Counted from the stretch's first letter, positions 1-9,818 are shown. The stretch: 64,000 bases of DNA from an uncultured virus (IMG/VR IMGVR_UViG_3300029915_000022) (IMGVR_UViG_3300029915_000022), one strand, 5' to 3'. Notes: generated by a model from the sequence alone, not told the origin. Made by a program: numbers and translations.

Positions 1-571
1 TTCCGCCTGTACTCTTACCGACACTTACGCCAGATCCGGCTCCAAACTCGAAAGCTGTTTCGTTCTCGACCCATTCTATTCCCATTTCTTGGCAAGCCTT
101 AGCGAAAGCCGTATTCAAAAGAAGTTCAAGTTCAGAGGAGTCCGCATCCTGGTCGGGGTCACTATCGTCGGACCAAGCAGGAAAGATCCTTCTTTGCGCC
201 ATCCAGCGAGTACCGTGCTGGTGGAACATTACGTGATCGGCACCTTCGCCTTCTGAAAGGATCAAAAATCCGTCCCTTAGAATTCGAACTTTGATGCTTT
301 TGTAGATACTCCCTGATTTCCCGCCAAGTAGAGCTGAACGGCCTTTAGCTTGATCCTTCGGGCGTACGTAGTCCGCCCATTGGTCGCCATTTGGATCCTG
401 TTGCTTCTCGAAATTCTTAAGGATCACGGCTTTGGCAGCGGCGGCGGATTTGCGGAGAAACTGAGTCAGGAACTTACTTGTATCCGAAAAATCGCCGAGT
501 TGGTCGGATAGGTGATCTAGCTGCTTTAGAGCTCCACTGAACTCTCCAAAAATAAACCACTCGCCGGACAT
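1..571 (-). CDS. Phage virion morphogenesis/tail completion protein (Mu gpG / P2 gpS-like), runs off window start
   Basis: ATG at 571, frame open to position 1 (not in ORF track); motifs F-x-x-Q-x-DP-x-G-x-x-W (FEKQQDPNGDQW) and FHQHGTRWMAQRKIF; follows the gp36-like gene. Confidence 0.7.
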   Translation of the reverse strand, partial: MSGEWFIFGEFSGALKQLDHLSDQLGDFSDTSKFLTQFLRKSAAAAKAVILKNFEKQQDPNGDQWADYVRPKDQAKGRSALLGGKSGSIYKSIKVRILRDGFLILSEGEGADHVMFHQHGTRWMAQRRIFPAWSDDSDPDQDADSSELELLLNTAFAKACQEMGIEWVENETAFEFGAGSGVSVGKSTGG

Positions 572-572
572 A

Positions 573-1073
573 CTACCGCCAACCGCGAGCCTTCGGCCGT
601 GCAATTACGATCGAAGGATTACCGCCTTCGCGTGTCTCAGTTCCAGGAATCTGTGCTTGGCTATTCGGCTGCGTATAGCTCGAAAGCGTATTTGGTCCGC
701 CGAATTGCGTATCGTCCGAACCGTGGGAGTCTTGCACGTTCGGAGTCGTATCACCTTCTTTTACACTTTCGAACCACTCTCGGGCATTCTTTCCGCGAAG
801 CATGATGGACATATCCCCGGGATCTTCCGGGTCGTATCCACGAATAGTTAGAATTGCTTCAGCGGCGAGTTCACACACCTTCTGAGTAAGGGCAGGCCCC
901 CAACTCAAAAGAGGCAGATCGAATCGGGATCCAAGATAACTATCCGCTAGATCACTCGCCGCCGAGAGGTGCGTCTCCTGCGTAACCGTATCAACAGTCG
1001 CCATTGTCGCAGACGTTAAACCAAACGTCTGCATATCTGTAACAGTGGCGTACTGCGATACAGTCACCGCCAT
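573..1073 (-). CDS. Head-tail adaptor, Mu gp36/DUF1320-like
   Basis: YATVTD...AASDLADSYLGSRFDLPL pattern; position downstream of capsid gene. Confidence 0.8.
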   Translation of the reverse strand: MAVTVSQYATVTDMQTFGLTSATMATVDTVTQETHLSAASDLADSYLGSRFDLPLLSWGPALTQKVCELAAEAILTIRGYDPEDPGDMSIMLRGKNAREWFESVKEGDTTPNVQDSHGSDDTQFGGPNTLSSYTQPNSQAQIPGTETREGGNPSIVIARPKARGWR

Positions 1074-1463
1074 TTACTTATTCCAGGGCGCAACCGCTTT
1101 GACCACAGGAAGCGTCGTGGTGCTTGCGGGATTCTGGACCGGCAAAGTCGTAGTCGGGGTCGGTTCCGGAGCCTGCGTAGTCGTTGACGTAGGCTCGTCC
1201 GACTTGCCCAACTCCTGAGGAGGGTTGTTGAAGACACCCTTCGCAGCGAGGGATTCGTCCTGGATCGGGGTCACGGAGATGATCTTGACGGCAAGACCCT
1301 TCGCCTCGTCCTTACGAACGAGTTCCAGGTTTTCGGCATTCAGGTCAAACGTCGTAGCCGCGTCTCCGGACCACTGGACACCACCAGACCAGAAATGGAT
1401 GAATTGATTCCCTCCGATACTGCGAGGAATCGCCTTTGCGGTAACTCTGAATTTCTCCGACAT
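1074..1463 (-). CDS. Hypothetical virion-associated protein with Thr/Pro-rich C-terminus
   Basis: ORF between capsid and adaptor genes; stop abuts next start. Confidence 0.55.
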   Translation of the reverse strand: MSEKFRVTAKAIPRSIGGNQFIHFWSGGVQWSGDAATTFDLNAENLELVRKDEAKGLAVKIISVTPIQDESLAAKGVFNNPPQELGKSDEPTSTTTQAPEPTPTTTLPVQNPASTTTLPVVKAVAPWNK

Positions 1464-1496
1464 GGAAAACTCCAATCTGGGTTGACGGCTTTAAGA

Positions 1497-1582
1497 AGAA
1501 GTCAGGGAGGTCCACTCACCCTGACTTCTCCTTAAAACCGGCAAGAAGGTCAACTAGCCGCCGCGAGCAACCTTCTTGCCGA
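1497..1582 (-). terminator. Two stem-loops downstream of the major capsid gene
   Basis: AGAAGTCAGGG...CCCTGACTTCT and CGGCAAGAAGGT...ACCTTCTTGCCG inverted repeats. Confidence 0.5.
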
Positions 1583-1600
1583 ACCCCACCCACTAACCGG

Positions 1601-2551
1601 TTAGACCGGGATGCACTTCATCGACTGGAACCAGAGGCCGTATCCAGCCGCAACGCGCTCATCGACGCCGTAGATGAACTCCTTGCGCATGAACACGTTC
1701 TGGTCCGTCAGGTTGTTCAGGTACGTCGACATCAGCGGACGACGCATCTGCCAGATGAACGGCTTCACCGGCTTGCTGGCATCCACCAGATACCAGGTTC
1801 CCTGCGTGGTCGAGCTTGCCTGCGAAAGCCACTCGCACACGATCGGCTTCAGCTTGCCCTTCAGCGTGTTGGTCTGCGTGAGCTGACCATTCGCGCCGAA
1901 GTTGGTGGTCGGGCCAACGAACTCCGCGTTGCAGATCTGGTTCGCCGCCTCCTCGAGCTGCGTCGGAACGATGAGGTGCGTCGGCTTGATGCCGAGGGGC
2001 AGCCCGTCCTCGCCGGTGAACTGGCGCATCTGCGAACGCGCGATCGCCACGTTGGCGAAGGTGAGCGGGAACGCAGTCTTGAGGTTCGACTGCGTGGTTC
2101 CCGACGGGTTGTCCGGATCCGTCGGGTGAGCCGTCGAGTACATTGGCTGACCATCGAAGCACGTACCCGAGGCCGAGTCGCCGTTGTCGAGGAGCGCTGC
2201 GATGAGGCGGTCAGGCAGGATCTTCGCCTCCTGCCCAAGCATCTCGACCGAGCCCATGTAGAGACCGTACTGGTCGTCTTCGATCTTCTCACGGGGGATC
2301 TTGATGGTGTCTTCGTACGTCTTGTTCGCCAAGGTGTACGAACGCGCGGCGGGGTTGTTCAAATAGCGCTCGCCGAGCCATTCGCGCATCTTGGGGAGCT
2401 TGCCGATCCAGCCGTACACGTTCTGTTCCGAGTTCGACGGAACAGTCATGGCGATGTCGTTATAGAACGACTCCGCCATCGTGTAACCTTGCTGAAGTCG
2501 CAAGTCGAACGTATTGAAGAGAAACTGAAGTGATGCGGGAGTGATGAGCAT
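1601..2551 (-). CDS. Major capsid protein, Mu gpT-like
   Basis: MLITPASL...YGWIGKLPKMREWLGER...IEDDQYG...WYLVDASKPVKPFIWQ...YGVDER..AGYGLWF typical of Mu-like major head proteins; strongly biased codon usage. Confidence 0.92.
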   Translation of the reverse strand: MLITPASLQFLFNTFDLRLQQGYTMAESFYNDIAMTVPSNSEQNVYGWIGKLPKMREWLGERYLNNPAARSYTLANKTYEDTIKIPREKIEDDQYGLYMGSVEMLGQEAKILPDRLIAALLDNGDSASGTCFDGQPMYSTAHPTDPDNPSGTTQSNLKTAFPLTFANVAIARSQMRQFTGEDGLPLGIKPTHLIVPTQLEEAANQICNAEFVGPTTNFGANGQLTQTNTLKGKLKPIVCEWLSQASSTTQGTWYLVDASKPVKPFIWQMRRPLMSTYLNNLTDQNVFMRKEFIYGVDERVAAGYGLWFQSMKCIPV

Positions 2552-2595
2552 AGGTATTCTCCGGGAGGCTCAGGGAGCCCTTGGGTGACGGAAGG

Positions 2596-3393
2596 TTATT
2601 CCGTGTAGATGATGAGGGTTCCGCTGCCTTCAACGAATGCCGTGATGGCCGATCCAACAACCGTGATGGTGTCCTGCGCGCCGAACTGGTTCGCAGCCGT
2701 CACGGTGCTTCCGGCGACGTTGGAGCCGGACGGGGTGCAGTTGGCCGACGTCAGGGCCACGACTCCGCCAGTCACCGGAGTACCGGCAATGTTCGGCGTC
2801 AGCGTCGCGAGCTTCGCGGTGGTGGTGGCAGGCTTCGCCACCGAGAACTCGACGCGGGTGATGCGGCCAGCGTACCCCGGCTTGAACGAGATCGCGTTGC
2901 CAGCCGGAATCGAAGCGAGGTCGATGGCGAAGGTGAGCATCCCCTTGCCAGAACCCTTCGACGTGAGGCGAGTCTCGACGATGACGCCATCCGAGTCCAC
3001 GCCCTGGACGATTCCGCCGTAGGGGCGGGTTCCAGCGCTGTCGGTACGGCAGACCGTGTGGTCATCCGAGAAGTAGCACGGGAAGCCGAGGTCGGCGACG
3101 GTGATCGGATCCGTGCCGCTGTTGTCCCACTTGAAGGATCCCTGCGTCACGTCGCCCGTCAGAGCACCAGCGGCACCCAACGAGTTGTCTTTTTCCTTAT
3201 CGATACGGCCGATAAGGACGAGACCTCCTGCGGGAACCGGTGCGACTGCCTTGGTGAGATTGCCAGCGCTGTTCACGCCGACCATCGAACCCTGGTAGAG
3301 ATGCGTGGAAGCTGCGACGGAGAGATTAAGCTTGCTCGAGATCGGATCGTCGCTGATCTGAGCGTTGTTGCGGTTTTGAGTGAGAGGTGCCAT
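2596..3393 (-). CDS. Capsid cement/decoration protein with C-terminal extension
   Basis: VAAST.LYQG.MVG...G.FKWDNS..DPIT.ADLG..CY..DD.TV motif; lies between protease and capsid genes. Confidence 0.7.
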   Translation of the reverse strand: MAPLTQNRNNAQISDDPISSKLNLSVAASTHLYQGSMVGVNSAGNLTKAVAPVPAGGLVLIGRIDKEKDNSLGAAGALTGDVTQGSFKWDNSGTDPITVADLGFPCYFSDDHTVCRTDSAGTRPYGGIVQGVDSDGVIVETRLTSKGSGKGMLTFAIDLASIPAGNAISFKPGYAGRITRVEFSVAKPATTTAKLATLTPNIAGTPVTGGVVALTSANCTPSGSNVAGSTVTAANQFGAQDTITVVGSAITAFVEGSGTLIIYTE

Positions 3394-3446
3394 GATTTTG
3401 AACTCCTAGAAATTTGTGAGAAGGATAGGATCCGCTTGAGAGCTAA

Positions 3447-4793
3447 TTAGCCCATGCCCTTGATCTTGCCGGGCGAGCGGTTGTGGATCGGAAGGCCGAC
3501 CTCGGCGAGCTGCTTCGCCTGGATCCCAACTTCCTCCCGGACCTTGGCCTGCATCTTGGGGTCAGTGATCCCGGCCTGCGCGAAGATGGCCTCTTGCTCC
3601 GCCTCGGTCAACAGCTGCGCGACCGGAGGGCCACCCGCATCCGTCGGCTTCGGGTTGATCGGAGCACCAGTGGAAGCGGTCTTCGAAGCGACGGCAACGT
3701 ACGCCTGAAGCTGCGAAAGATCCTTGTTGCCGACACCGGTCCAATACTCCTTCATCGCCGGAGTGATCTGGCCATCCGCGACCGCCTTTGCGACGATCCC
3801 ATCGACGTCCAGTCGAAGCTGATCCGCGGCGCGGACCTTCTTCTCGGCCATCAGGACTTCGACCTGCGCGTGACTCGCCTTCCAGGCCGCAACAGTTCCG
3901 AGAGCGGCGCTCGGAGTGCTCTGGCCGGTGATCGCGATGAACTCCCCGATCGACGAAGCCTGCGCGGTCAGACTGTCGACCTGCGATGCACGGGCCTTGA
4001 ACCCGCTCAACGCGACAAGGATTTCTGCCTCAGTCGCGTTCTCGGAAAGCCCGAGGGCGCGAGCCACCATCTTCATGAATTCCATGTTTGACTTCTCCTC
4101 AGGGGTCCGCGGTTGAGCGGGGTTTTCTGGCACACTTGCCAGGAACTGCTTGAGCTCGTCCGGGACGTTCCGATACGAGGCGTAAAGAGGTGAGGCAGTC
4201 GCAACGATTCGCATCTGCGCCGTCGTCGCATTCGCCCAAGTAGAATCGTCCACAACGTCTGTGGCAAACTTCTTTTCGACCGCCTCGCTGGACTTCATCC
4301 AGGTTTCAGCGGCAAGCATAGAACGGATTTCTGACTCGGCGATGCCGGTTCTGGAAACGTAGATGTCTACCATCTGACTGAGGAGCTTACGAGTAACTTC
4401 GGCGCCCTTTTCCATATCTTTCGCGTTACCGTGAGCGACGCCGGAGGGCTCGTGGATCATCATGGAAGATCCCATGCCCATGTGGATCTCGTCCCCGGCC
4501 ATTGCAATCACGCTTGCGATGGATGCGGCAATCCCGTCCACGTAGATATGCTTCTTCCCGTCCCAGCGCTTGATCTGGTTGTAGATTGCGATGCCATGAA
4601 AAACACTTCCTCCGACGGAATTGATATAGACGTGAAGGTCCGTAGCCCCATCGGCCTTCAGCTTCTTCAGAGAAGAAGCAATCGTCTTGTCATCGATTCC
4701 GCTACCCCAAAAAGAAGGTCCGATATCGCCGTAGAGCTGAAGCTCCCCGGTGTTGTCAGCCTTCTTTTTTGCGGTAAATGAATGGATGGCCAT
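3447..4793 (-). CDS. ClpP-type prohead protease fused to scaffold domain
   Basis: INSVGGSV, DGIAASIASVI, MMIHEP, ETWM motifs; likely start MAIHSF at 4793. Confidence 0.9.
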   Translation of the reverse strand: MAIHSFTAKKKADNTGELQLYGDIGPSFWGSGIDDKTIASSLKKLKADGATDLHVYINSVGGSVFHGIAIYNQIKRWDGKKHIYVDGIAASIASVIAMAGDEIHMGMGSSMMIHEPSGVAHGNAKDMEKGAEVTRKLLSQMVDIYVSRTGIAESEIRSMLAAETWMKSSEAVEKKFATDVVDDSTWANATTAQMRIVATASPLYASYRNVPDELKQFLASVPENPAQPRTPEEKSNMEFMKMVARALGLSENATEAEILVALSGFKARASQVDSLTAQASSIGEFIAITGQSTPSAALGTVAAWKASHAQVEVLMAEKKVRAADQLRLDVDGIVAKAVADGQITPAMKEYWTGVGNKDLSQLQAYVAVASKTASTGAPINPKPTDAGGPPVAQLLTEAEQEAIFAQAGITDPKMQAKVREEVGIQAKQLAEVGLPIHNRSPGKIKGMG

Positions 4794-4842
4794 CTTTTCC
4801 TGTCTGGGGTTTCTGCTCTCGAGTTCGAGAAGCGGGTTGGTG

Positions 4843-6252
4843 TTAGGTTGGATTCTTGCCAGGATTCGGAGGCGGAAGAACTCTGCGAGGGGTTGCAGGC
4901 TGACCATCCGGACCCATTGGAGGATCCGGAAGCATCCCGTCTGGATACTTTTCCAGATCCAATGGAATGTTGAACCGACTGCAAAGCTCTTTCACCTTGA
5001 CTGCAACTCCAGCGGCCTTGAAGTTAACAAGAGCCGTTGCGACCACGTCAATCTTGTTGGCTTCTGCAACCTGATCCGCAGGAGGAACTGTATCCCATGT
5101 GGAACCCGGGGTAAGTTCCTCGTCGCCGTAGTTGAACCGGACGTACGGGACAGTGACCTGATCCTTCAAATCCTTGCTCGCTGCATGAGCGAACGCCTGC
5201 TTGATGTCTTGGCGAACGTTCTCATGGACCTGCGCAGCGGCAAAAGATCCTCCGCGGACCTGCGTCGAAAGGTTCTGACCAAGAACGCGAATTGCGATCG
5301 ATTCCTCGCACCGCTGGATAAGTTTATCAAAGCTTTCGTGGCTGTTTGCCACAGCCTCAATAAGCTTAAGGTCGAACTTATCTCCGTCCTTCGACTGCCG
5401 AAGTGCAATCGCAGTTTCGGCTCCGCAGGACGCGACATCCATAAGGAATTCGCGCTTCTCCTCCGGAGTCGCTTCTGCGGGCATAACCGCCCCGCGAATC
5501 GGCAGGCCGTGGACTTCCGAGTATCTCGCCCAATCTCGATACCCGTATTGACGGATCATCCACTGCATCCAGATGGACCGGATGAGTCCAAACATCCATC
5601 CGTACTGATATCCACCCGGCATGTAGAGCGCCCAATGAGCGTCGCCAGGAATGAGGTCAACCAGTCCGTCTTGGGTGATGAACTGATAAGTCCGCGTACC
5701 CCAGTTGAAATAGCAGAACTGGTTATGGTGAACCTTGAGCTTCGGAGTCCACTTCGCCTCCGTCTTCTTCCAAATCAGTTCGCCAATCCCAAGCCCAAGC
5801 ATCTCGCCATTCACGAGCCAGCGCTTAAGCTGATCCTGAGGGATCATTGTAGGCCACTCGTGACCTACGTCGTTCGCAACTTTTTCTGCGCGAGCAGTTG
5901 CGTCGTTCCCGCCTTCAGGCGTATGGATCATCGGCAACCCGACGAGTCCATTGATATACGTATTCATGACTGCCATAACGCGGTCATCGCGCATGATGGC
6001 ATCGCAGAGCAGGGACGAAGTCTGGAACATCCCATACTCGTGCTGAAGAATCGCCTGCTGAACGACCTGCACCGAATCCCATTCGGTGAAGTTCGAGATT
6101 CTTGCAGGGATGTCGGCGAACTCGCCGAGAAGCGGCTCTTTGTCCGCGTACGGCTCAGGACGTAGAGATTCCCTGGGACGGACCCGAATATCCTCGGGCA
6201 TCCAGAGCTTTACAGGCTGCTTTTCTGGACTGTCGAGTTTCAGGAGCGGCAT
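4843..6252 (-). CDS. Portal protein (Mu gp29/DUF935-like)
   Basis: DWARYSEVHGLPIR and VLGQNLSTQ..GGSFAAAQVHENVR motifs; follows terminase. Confidence 0.9.
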   Translation of the reverse strand: MPLLKLDSPEKQPVKLWMPEDIRVRPRESLRPEPYADKEPLLGEFADIPARISNFTEWDSVQVVQQAILQHEYGMFQTSSLLCDAIMRDDRVMAVMNTYINGLVGLPMIHTPEGGNDATARAEKVANDVGHEWPTMIPQDQLKRWLVNGEMLGLGIGELIWKKTEAKWTPKLKVHHNQFCYFNWGTRTYQFITQDGLVDLIPGDAHWALYMPGGYQYGWMFGLIRSIWMQWMIRQYGYRDWARYSEVHGLPIRGAVMPAEATPEEKREFLMDVASCGAETAIALRQSKDGDKFDLKLIEAVANSHESFDKLIQRCEESIAIRVLGQNLSTQVRGGSFAAAQVHENVRQDIKQAFAHAASKDLKDQVTVPYVRFNYGDEELTPGSTWDTVPPADQVAEANKIDVVATALVNFKAAGVAVKVKELCSRFNIPLDLEKYPDGMLPDPPMGPDGQPATPRRVLPPPNPGKNPT

Positions 6253-7641
6253 CTAGTGAAATCCGCCTCTTCGGGGTTGGATCGGATTACTACCCATCTT
6301 TTCGTAGATCGGACGGGCCATTCCAAGCATCAGATACGATGCGGCCCAAACCATCGCATCGAGTCTATCCGGAGAATCAGGATCCGTTAACGGATTCCAG
6401 TCGCAAAGCTGATCCTCCAATTCAGGAAAGGATCCGACGTGGTGGATCTTCCGCTGCTCGTAAAGTGCAGCGATAGGCTCAGCTCGAATCTGCTTACCGC
6501 GCGTCGCACGAACTGTAACCACAGGAAGAGCTTTATTGTTCGTGCGAAGATTGCTAACAACCAGATCGCCGCCCTTGTTAATCTCAGCGACCACCATGTT
6601 AGCTTCAGTCTGACGGTAAACATCTCCGACGCGAGTTGCCCATCCGTCCGGAGTGTAGATATCCGAATCGTCCCGCATGACGAATCCATGCAGTTCCGGT
6701 TTAATTCCACCCGAACACTTGCAGTCGCCATATCCAAATGTGACGATTCCAGTTTCATCGCTCTTCTCGTTGGCAGTAATCGCAGGATCTACCCCAACTG
6801 CGATTCGGCGAAGTTTTGGAGCAACCCGAACCCGGAGAGAATCGATAAGCGTTCTCTTCCAAAGAGCGCCAGGATTGTCATCGAGCATTTCTGCCCAGAT
6901 TTCCTGACGACCCATTCGGGTCCCTTCGTACTCCTGGATAATCTCTTCCAGGAATGCCTTCGCCAGATTCGCCTGGTTATCGTAGGTGGTTCCACGGGTA
7001 ACGTGCGTGGATTCCCGACGCATTAGATCGCGAATCAAAGCGGTAGGACGAGGAGTCGTAGTAACAATGACTTGGGGTGTAGATCCCAAGCGAAGACCGA
7101 ACATCATCTGTGTCCAGGCTTCTGGATACGGCCACTTCGCTAACTCGTCCGCCCAAGCCTTACCGCACTGAGGACCACGGAAGGTGTCCGGTTCATCAGC
7201 AGAAAGGAGGAGAGCTTTGACGCCGTTCGGCCAAGTTAGACGGCGCTTGGACGGTTCGTAGAGCGGGCGAAAGCTGTTCGGGGAGATTGCAAGGATCCCA
7301 GATTCCCCTTCAACCATCACGTCTCGGATATCGAGTGCCTTAGAAGCGGCCAACGTGATATATTCAGTTTCGCCTTTTTCTGCCCACTCCCGAACAGCTT
7401 CAGCGCCCGTACGAGTCTTTCCCCAACCGCGACCTGCGAGGATCAGCCAAGTCCGCCAAGAACCATTGTGGCAAGTACAGTTACGAGGAATGAGCTGATT
7501 AGGACGTGCCCAGACAGCCCAAGTCCGAAGAAGCATTTCCTGCTCTTCAGGAGTAAACTCTTGAAGGATTGCTCTCTTATCCGTATCCGGGAGAGCGGCA
7601 AACTTCAGTGCAAGGGAGTCGTTTCCCTTAATCCGGGACAT
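6253..7641 (-). CDS. terL: Terminase large subunit
   Basis: LAGRGWGKT Walker A, WADE Walker B, VTTTP motif, GVDPA and SPDRLDA nuclease motifs. Confidence 0.95.
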   Translation of the reverse strand: MSRIKGNDSLALKFAALPDTDKRAILQEFTPEEQEMLLRTWAVWARPNQLIPRNCTCHNGSWRTWLILAGRGWGKTRTGAEAVREWAEKGETEYITLAASKALDIRDVMVEGESGILAISPNSFRPLYEPSKRRLTWPNGVKALLLSADEPDTFRGPQCGKAWADELAKWPYPEAWTQMMFGLRLGSTPQVIVTTTPRPTALIRDLMRRESTHVTRGTTYDNQANLAKAFLEEIIQEYEGTRMGRQEIWAEMLDDNPGALWKRTLIDSLRVRVAPKLRRIAVGVDPAITANEKSDETGIVTFGYGDCKCSGGIKPELHGFVMRDDSDIYTPDGWATRVGDVYRQTEANMVVAEINKGGDLVVSNLRTNNKALPVVTVRATRGKQIRAEPIAALYEQRKIHHVGSFPELEDQLCDWNPLTDPDSPDRLDAMVWAASYLMLGMARPIYEKMGSNPIQPRRGGFH

Positions 7642-7882
7642 TTAAGGATCCCGCTTTCCAGCGAAGCTTCCCTTCGTAGACCTCTACTTCGTCCGAATGG
7701 GCTATCTGGAAGGCGTCAAGAGCGCATTTCCGAGCTCGGCAGGGACGAGGAACGCCGCCTTGGGACAAAATAACAAGGTAACCCGCTCCCCGGCAATGCT
7801 TGCAATCCTTGTTCGCGTATGCTGCAATGTCCCCGGTTAGAATTTCGCGGCCAACAACGCCAGGAATTGCAGACGCGCCCAT
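7628..7882 (-). CDS. Small CxxC (zinc-finger-like) protein
   Basis: ATG overlaps upstream TAA at 7882; CKHCRGAG...CRARKC. Confidence 0.5.
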   Translation of the reverse strand: MGASAIPGVVGREILTGDIAAYANKDCKHCRGAGYLVILSQGGVPRPCRARKCALDAFQIAHSDEVEVYEGKLRWKAGSLNVPD

Positions 7883-8331
7883 TACCGCACCGAAGCCATT
7901 CCTGTGATCGACTGGACAGGCGAAACAGTCACGCCCGCACCTTCGACAATGACCATACGGACATTCGCGCCGTTGGCCCACGTCAGGTAGGTATTCACCG
8001 CAAGAGTCGGCGTTCCGTCCGTAGGATTCACCACAGTAGGTGCAACCGCGGCGACGGAGGCATTTGAGCCTCGCTTGAAACAAACGCGATACGCAACCGC
8101 GGCAGCTCCGGCAGCGAGTTGCGGGAAGTGTGCGATATCCGACCAAGGACCATTCGCGGTGTCTTGCGTTTGGAGATAGACGTCGGTCGTTCCGCCAGTC
8201 GCGCCATTCAAGCGAGCCGTTAACTCCCAGGACGAATGGTCGTCAAGCCCATTCTGGACTTGGCCGACCGTCGTCTGCGCGCCATTGGCAGCGCCCTGAC
8301 TCGAGAGTTGGATGGGTACGGAAAGACGCAT
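7882..8331 (-). CDS. Hypothetical beta-rich protein, possibly virion
   Basis: Translationally coupled ORF in the late operon. Confidence 0.55.
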   Translation of the reverse strand: MRLSVPIQLSSQGAANGAQTTVGQVQNGLDDHSSWELTARLNGATGGTTDVYLQTQDTANGPWSDIAHFPQLAAGAAAVAYRVCFKRGSNASVAAVAPTVVNPTDGTPTLAVNTYLTWANGANVRMVIVEGAGVTVSPVQSITGMASVR

Positions 8332-8526
8332 TTAGCGTGACCTCGAAGAATTGACGCGGTTCTTCATTCCATTCACTTCGTCGTTTGCATCAACCACTGC
8401 ATCCACGACAAACTGGCCATGATGGCCAACAGAAGGGCGAAGAAAAGTAATTGGATGATCCAGGCGTTCGATAACTTCACCGGCGGACCTCTTTCGTCTT
8501 AGAACACCGGGCGCTGGATTCGTCAT
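8332..8526 (-). CDS. Hypothetical protein
   Basis: Fills gap between tmRNA 3' end and next gene. Confidence 0.4.
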   Translation of the reverse strand: MTNPAPGVLRRKRSAGEVIERLDHPITFLRPSVGHHGQFVVDAVVDANDEVNGMKNRVNSSRSR

Positions 8527-8529
8527 AGT

Positions 8530-8859
8530 TGGTGGAGATGCCGGGATTCGAACCCGGGTGCCAGAAAGGATTGATAGTGTTTCTACGCGCGTGTCGCCGA
8601 TGTCCCTCGGCGCTGAGCACTACAGGGCGAACCGGATTTCAGGTCCGGCTGCGCCTCCACCACTCGCGGAACTACGCCGCCGCGAGGCGGATGCTGTCAC
8701 CACCGGTGCTTGCGCCCCGGCGGGTGTTGCGAACTGCATCGAGCGAAACGACGTTGTCGTTGGCTTTTGTTGAGTGAGCAATTTTCTAACCCGGTGATCG
8801 CTCATTTCCGGGGCGCGCTACACTTCTCGTTCTATCCTGGTCGAAACCAGTTCATCCCC
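8530..8859 (-). ncRNA. ssrA: tmRNA (330 nt), tag reading frame 8764-8672: ANDNVVSLDAVRNTRRGASTGGDSIRLAAA*
   Basis: 5' GGGGAUG pairs with 3' CAUCUCC-ACCA with the G3:U Ala identity pair; 5' GGUUUCGAC; T-arm CCGGG-UUCGAAU-CCCGG; pk1 (CCCGG/CCGGG, UGAGCGAU/AUUGCUCA); tag starts ANDN and ends LAAA. Confidence 0.95.
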
Positions 8860-8863
8860 AAAT

Positions 8864-9163
8864 CTACTCGTGAATTGGCCGACGAGTAATCGGTGCGACT
8901 GTGCAGCACCAGTCGTGAACTTCGTTCAGCTTGATTCCCTGCGCTTGCAACTCAGTGACAATCGCGGCCATTGCGGATACCTGAGCATCTGAACGCTTGA
9001 GATCCGTATAAACGAGGAGTCCGAGACCGGCGAGGCAGATCAAAGCGATCACCGCTGGAAAGACTCCCGGCTTGGAGGCTTCTTTGACCGCCTTGATTCC
9101 AACGCGGGCAACCTCGACTCTGTCCATGACGGAATCATGCTCCTTGGCGGTAGCGGAAGGCAT
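8864..9163 (-). CDS. Single-TM membrane protein
   Basis: Hydrophobic VFPAVIALICLAGLGLLVY followed by a coiled segment. Confidence 0.55.
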   Translation of the reverse strand: MPSATAKEHDSVMDRVEVARVGIKAVKEASKPGVFPAVIALICLAGLGLLVYTDLKRSDAQVSAMAAIVTELQAQGIKLNEVHDWCCTVAPITRRPIHE

Positions 9164-9720
9164 CAGTGAACTCCAGGTGCATCGGTCTTCGGAGCAGATT
9201 CGACGGCCTTCGCGCGTTTCTCGACCAGTGCATCAAACTTGGAAATCAAGCGATTCTGGACATCTGCCGCGTCAGGACGCTTTCCAGAGCCGTCATCTGC
9301 GCCAGCGAGCTTGAGTCGGAGTTCGACTAGTCGCGTAAGATCCCCACGAGACGCCTTCACGACGTGCATGATCTTGGACCAGGAATCAGATCCAGGAAGA
9401 TGCGTTGCCTTGCCGTTCAAAAACTCTCGCGCATCTTCGCGAGCGTCCAATTCGTCCTCAAGAGCGCGTAAAATCGCGGCTTCAATACGGTCGAGATCAA
9501 TTCCGACCGTCCTGCTGAGCTTGTCCGCAAGGATCGCGGCGGTAATAGGAGCACGTTCAGCTTGGACGCGACGGATGCGATTGCGGATTGCACCCGGAGA
9601 AACCGTAATCTGATACCGCTCCAAAAGGTAGGCCGCGATTTCAGCTGCGCACAAGCCGTCCCCGGACTTTGCCAGGATCTCAGGAAGCAAGTTGTCAGGG
9701 AGGACAGTTGAAGGGGGCAA
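9163..9720 (-). CDS. Putative terminase small subunit
   Basis: N-terminal HTH-like segment (AAEIAAYLLERYQITVSPGAIRNRI), helical body, first gene of the packaging region. Confidence 0.55.
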   Translation of the reverse strand: MPPSTVLPDNLLPEILAKSGDGLCAAEIAAYLLERYQITVSPGAIRNRIRRVQAERAPITAAILADKLSRTVGIDLDRIEAAILRALEDELDAREDAREFLNGKATHLPGSDSWSKIMHVVKASRGDLTRLVELRLKLAGADDGSGKRPDAADVQNRLISKFDALVEKRAKAVESAPKTDAPGVH

Positions 9721-9818
9721 GTGGGCTCCGCGTGGACCTTTATGGGGTTATGCGGGGTGGAGCCCAAAATGGCCCAAAATGTCTTCTTTGCCTCTGAACC
9801 CTGGAAGTACGTATTGCC

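Noticed and set aside
4750..6165. 471-aa plus-strand ORF
   Set aside because: Antisense shadow of the portal gene with no recognisable motifs
1..7641. Mu-like transposable prophage
   Set aside because: Only morphogenesis genes are Mu-like; no MuA/MuB, no host genes, and an autonomous replisome is present
8530..8565. Stand-alone tRNA or attachment-site remnant
   Set aside because: The T-arm/CCA end pairs with a 5' end 330 nt away and encloses a tag ORF, so it is a full tmRNA; no integrase or duplicate 3' end seen
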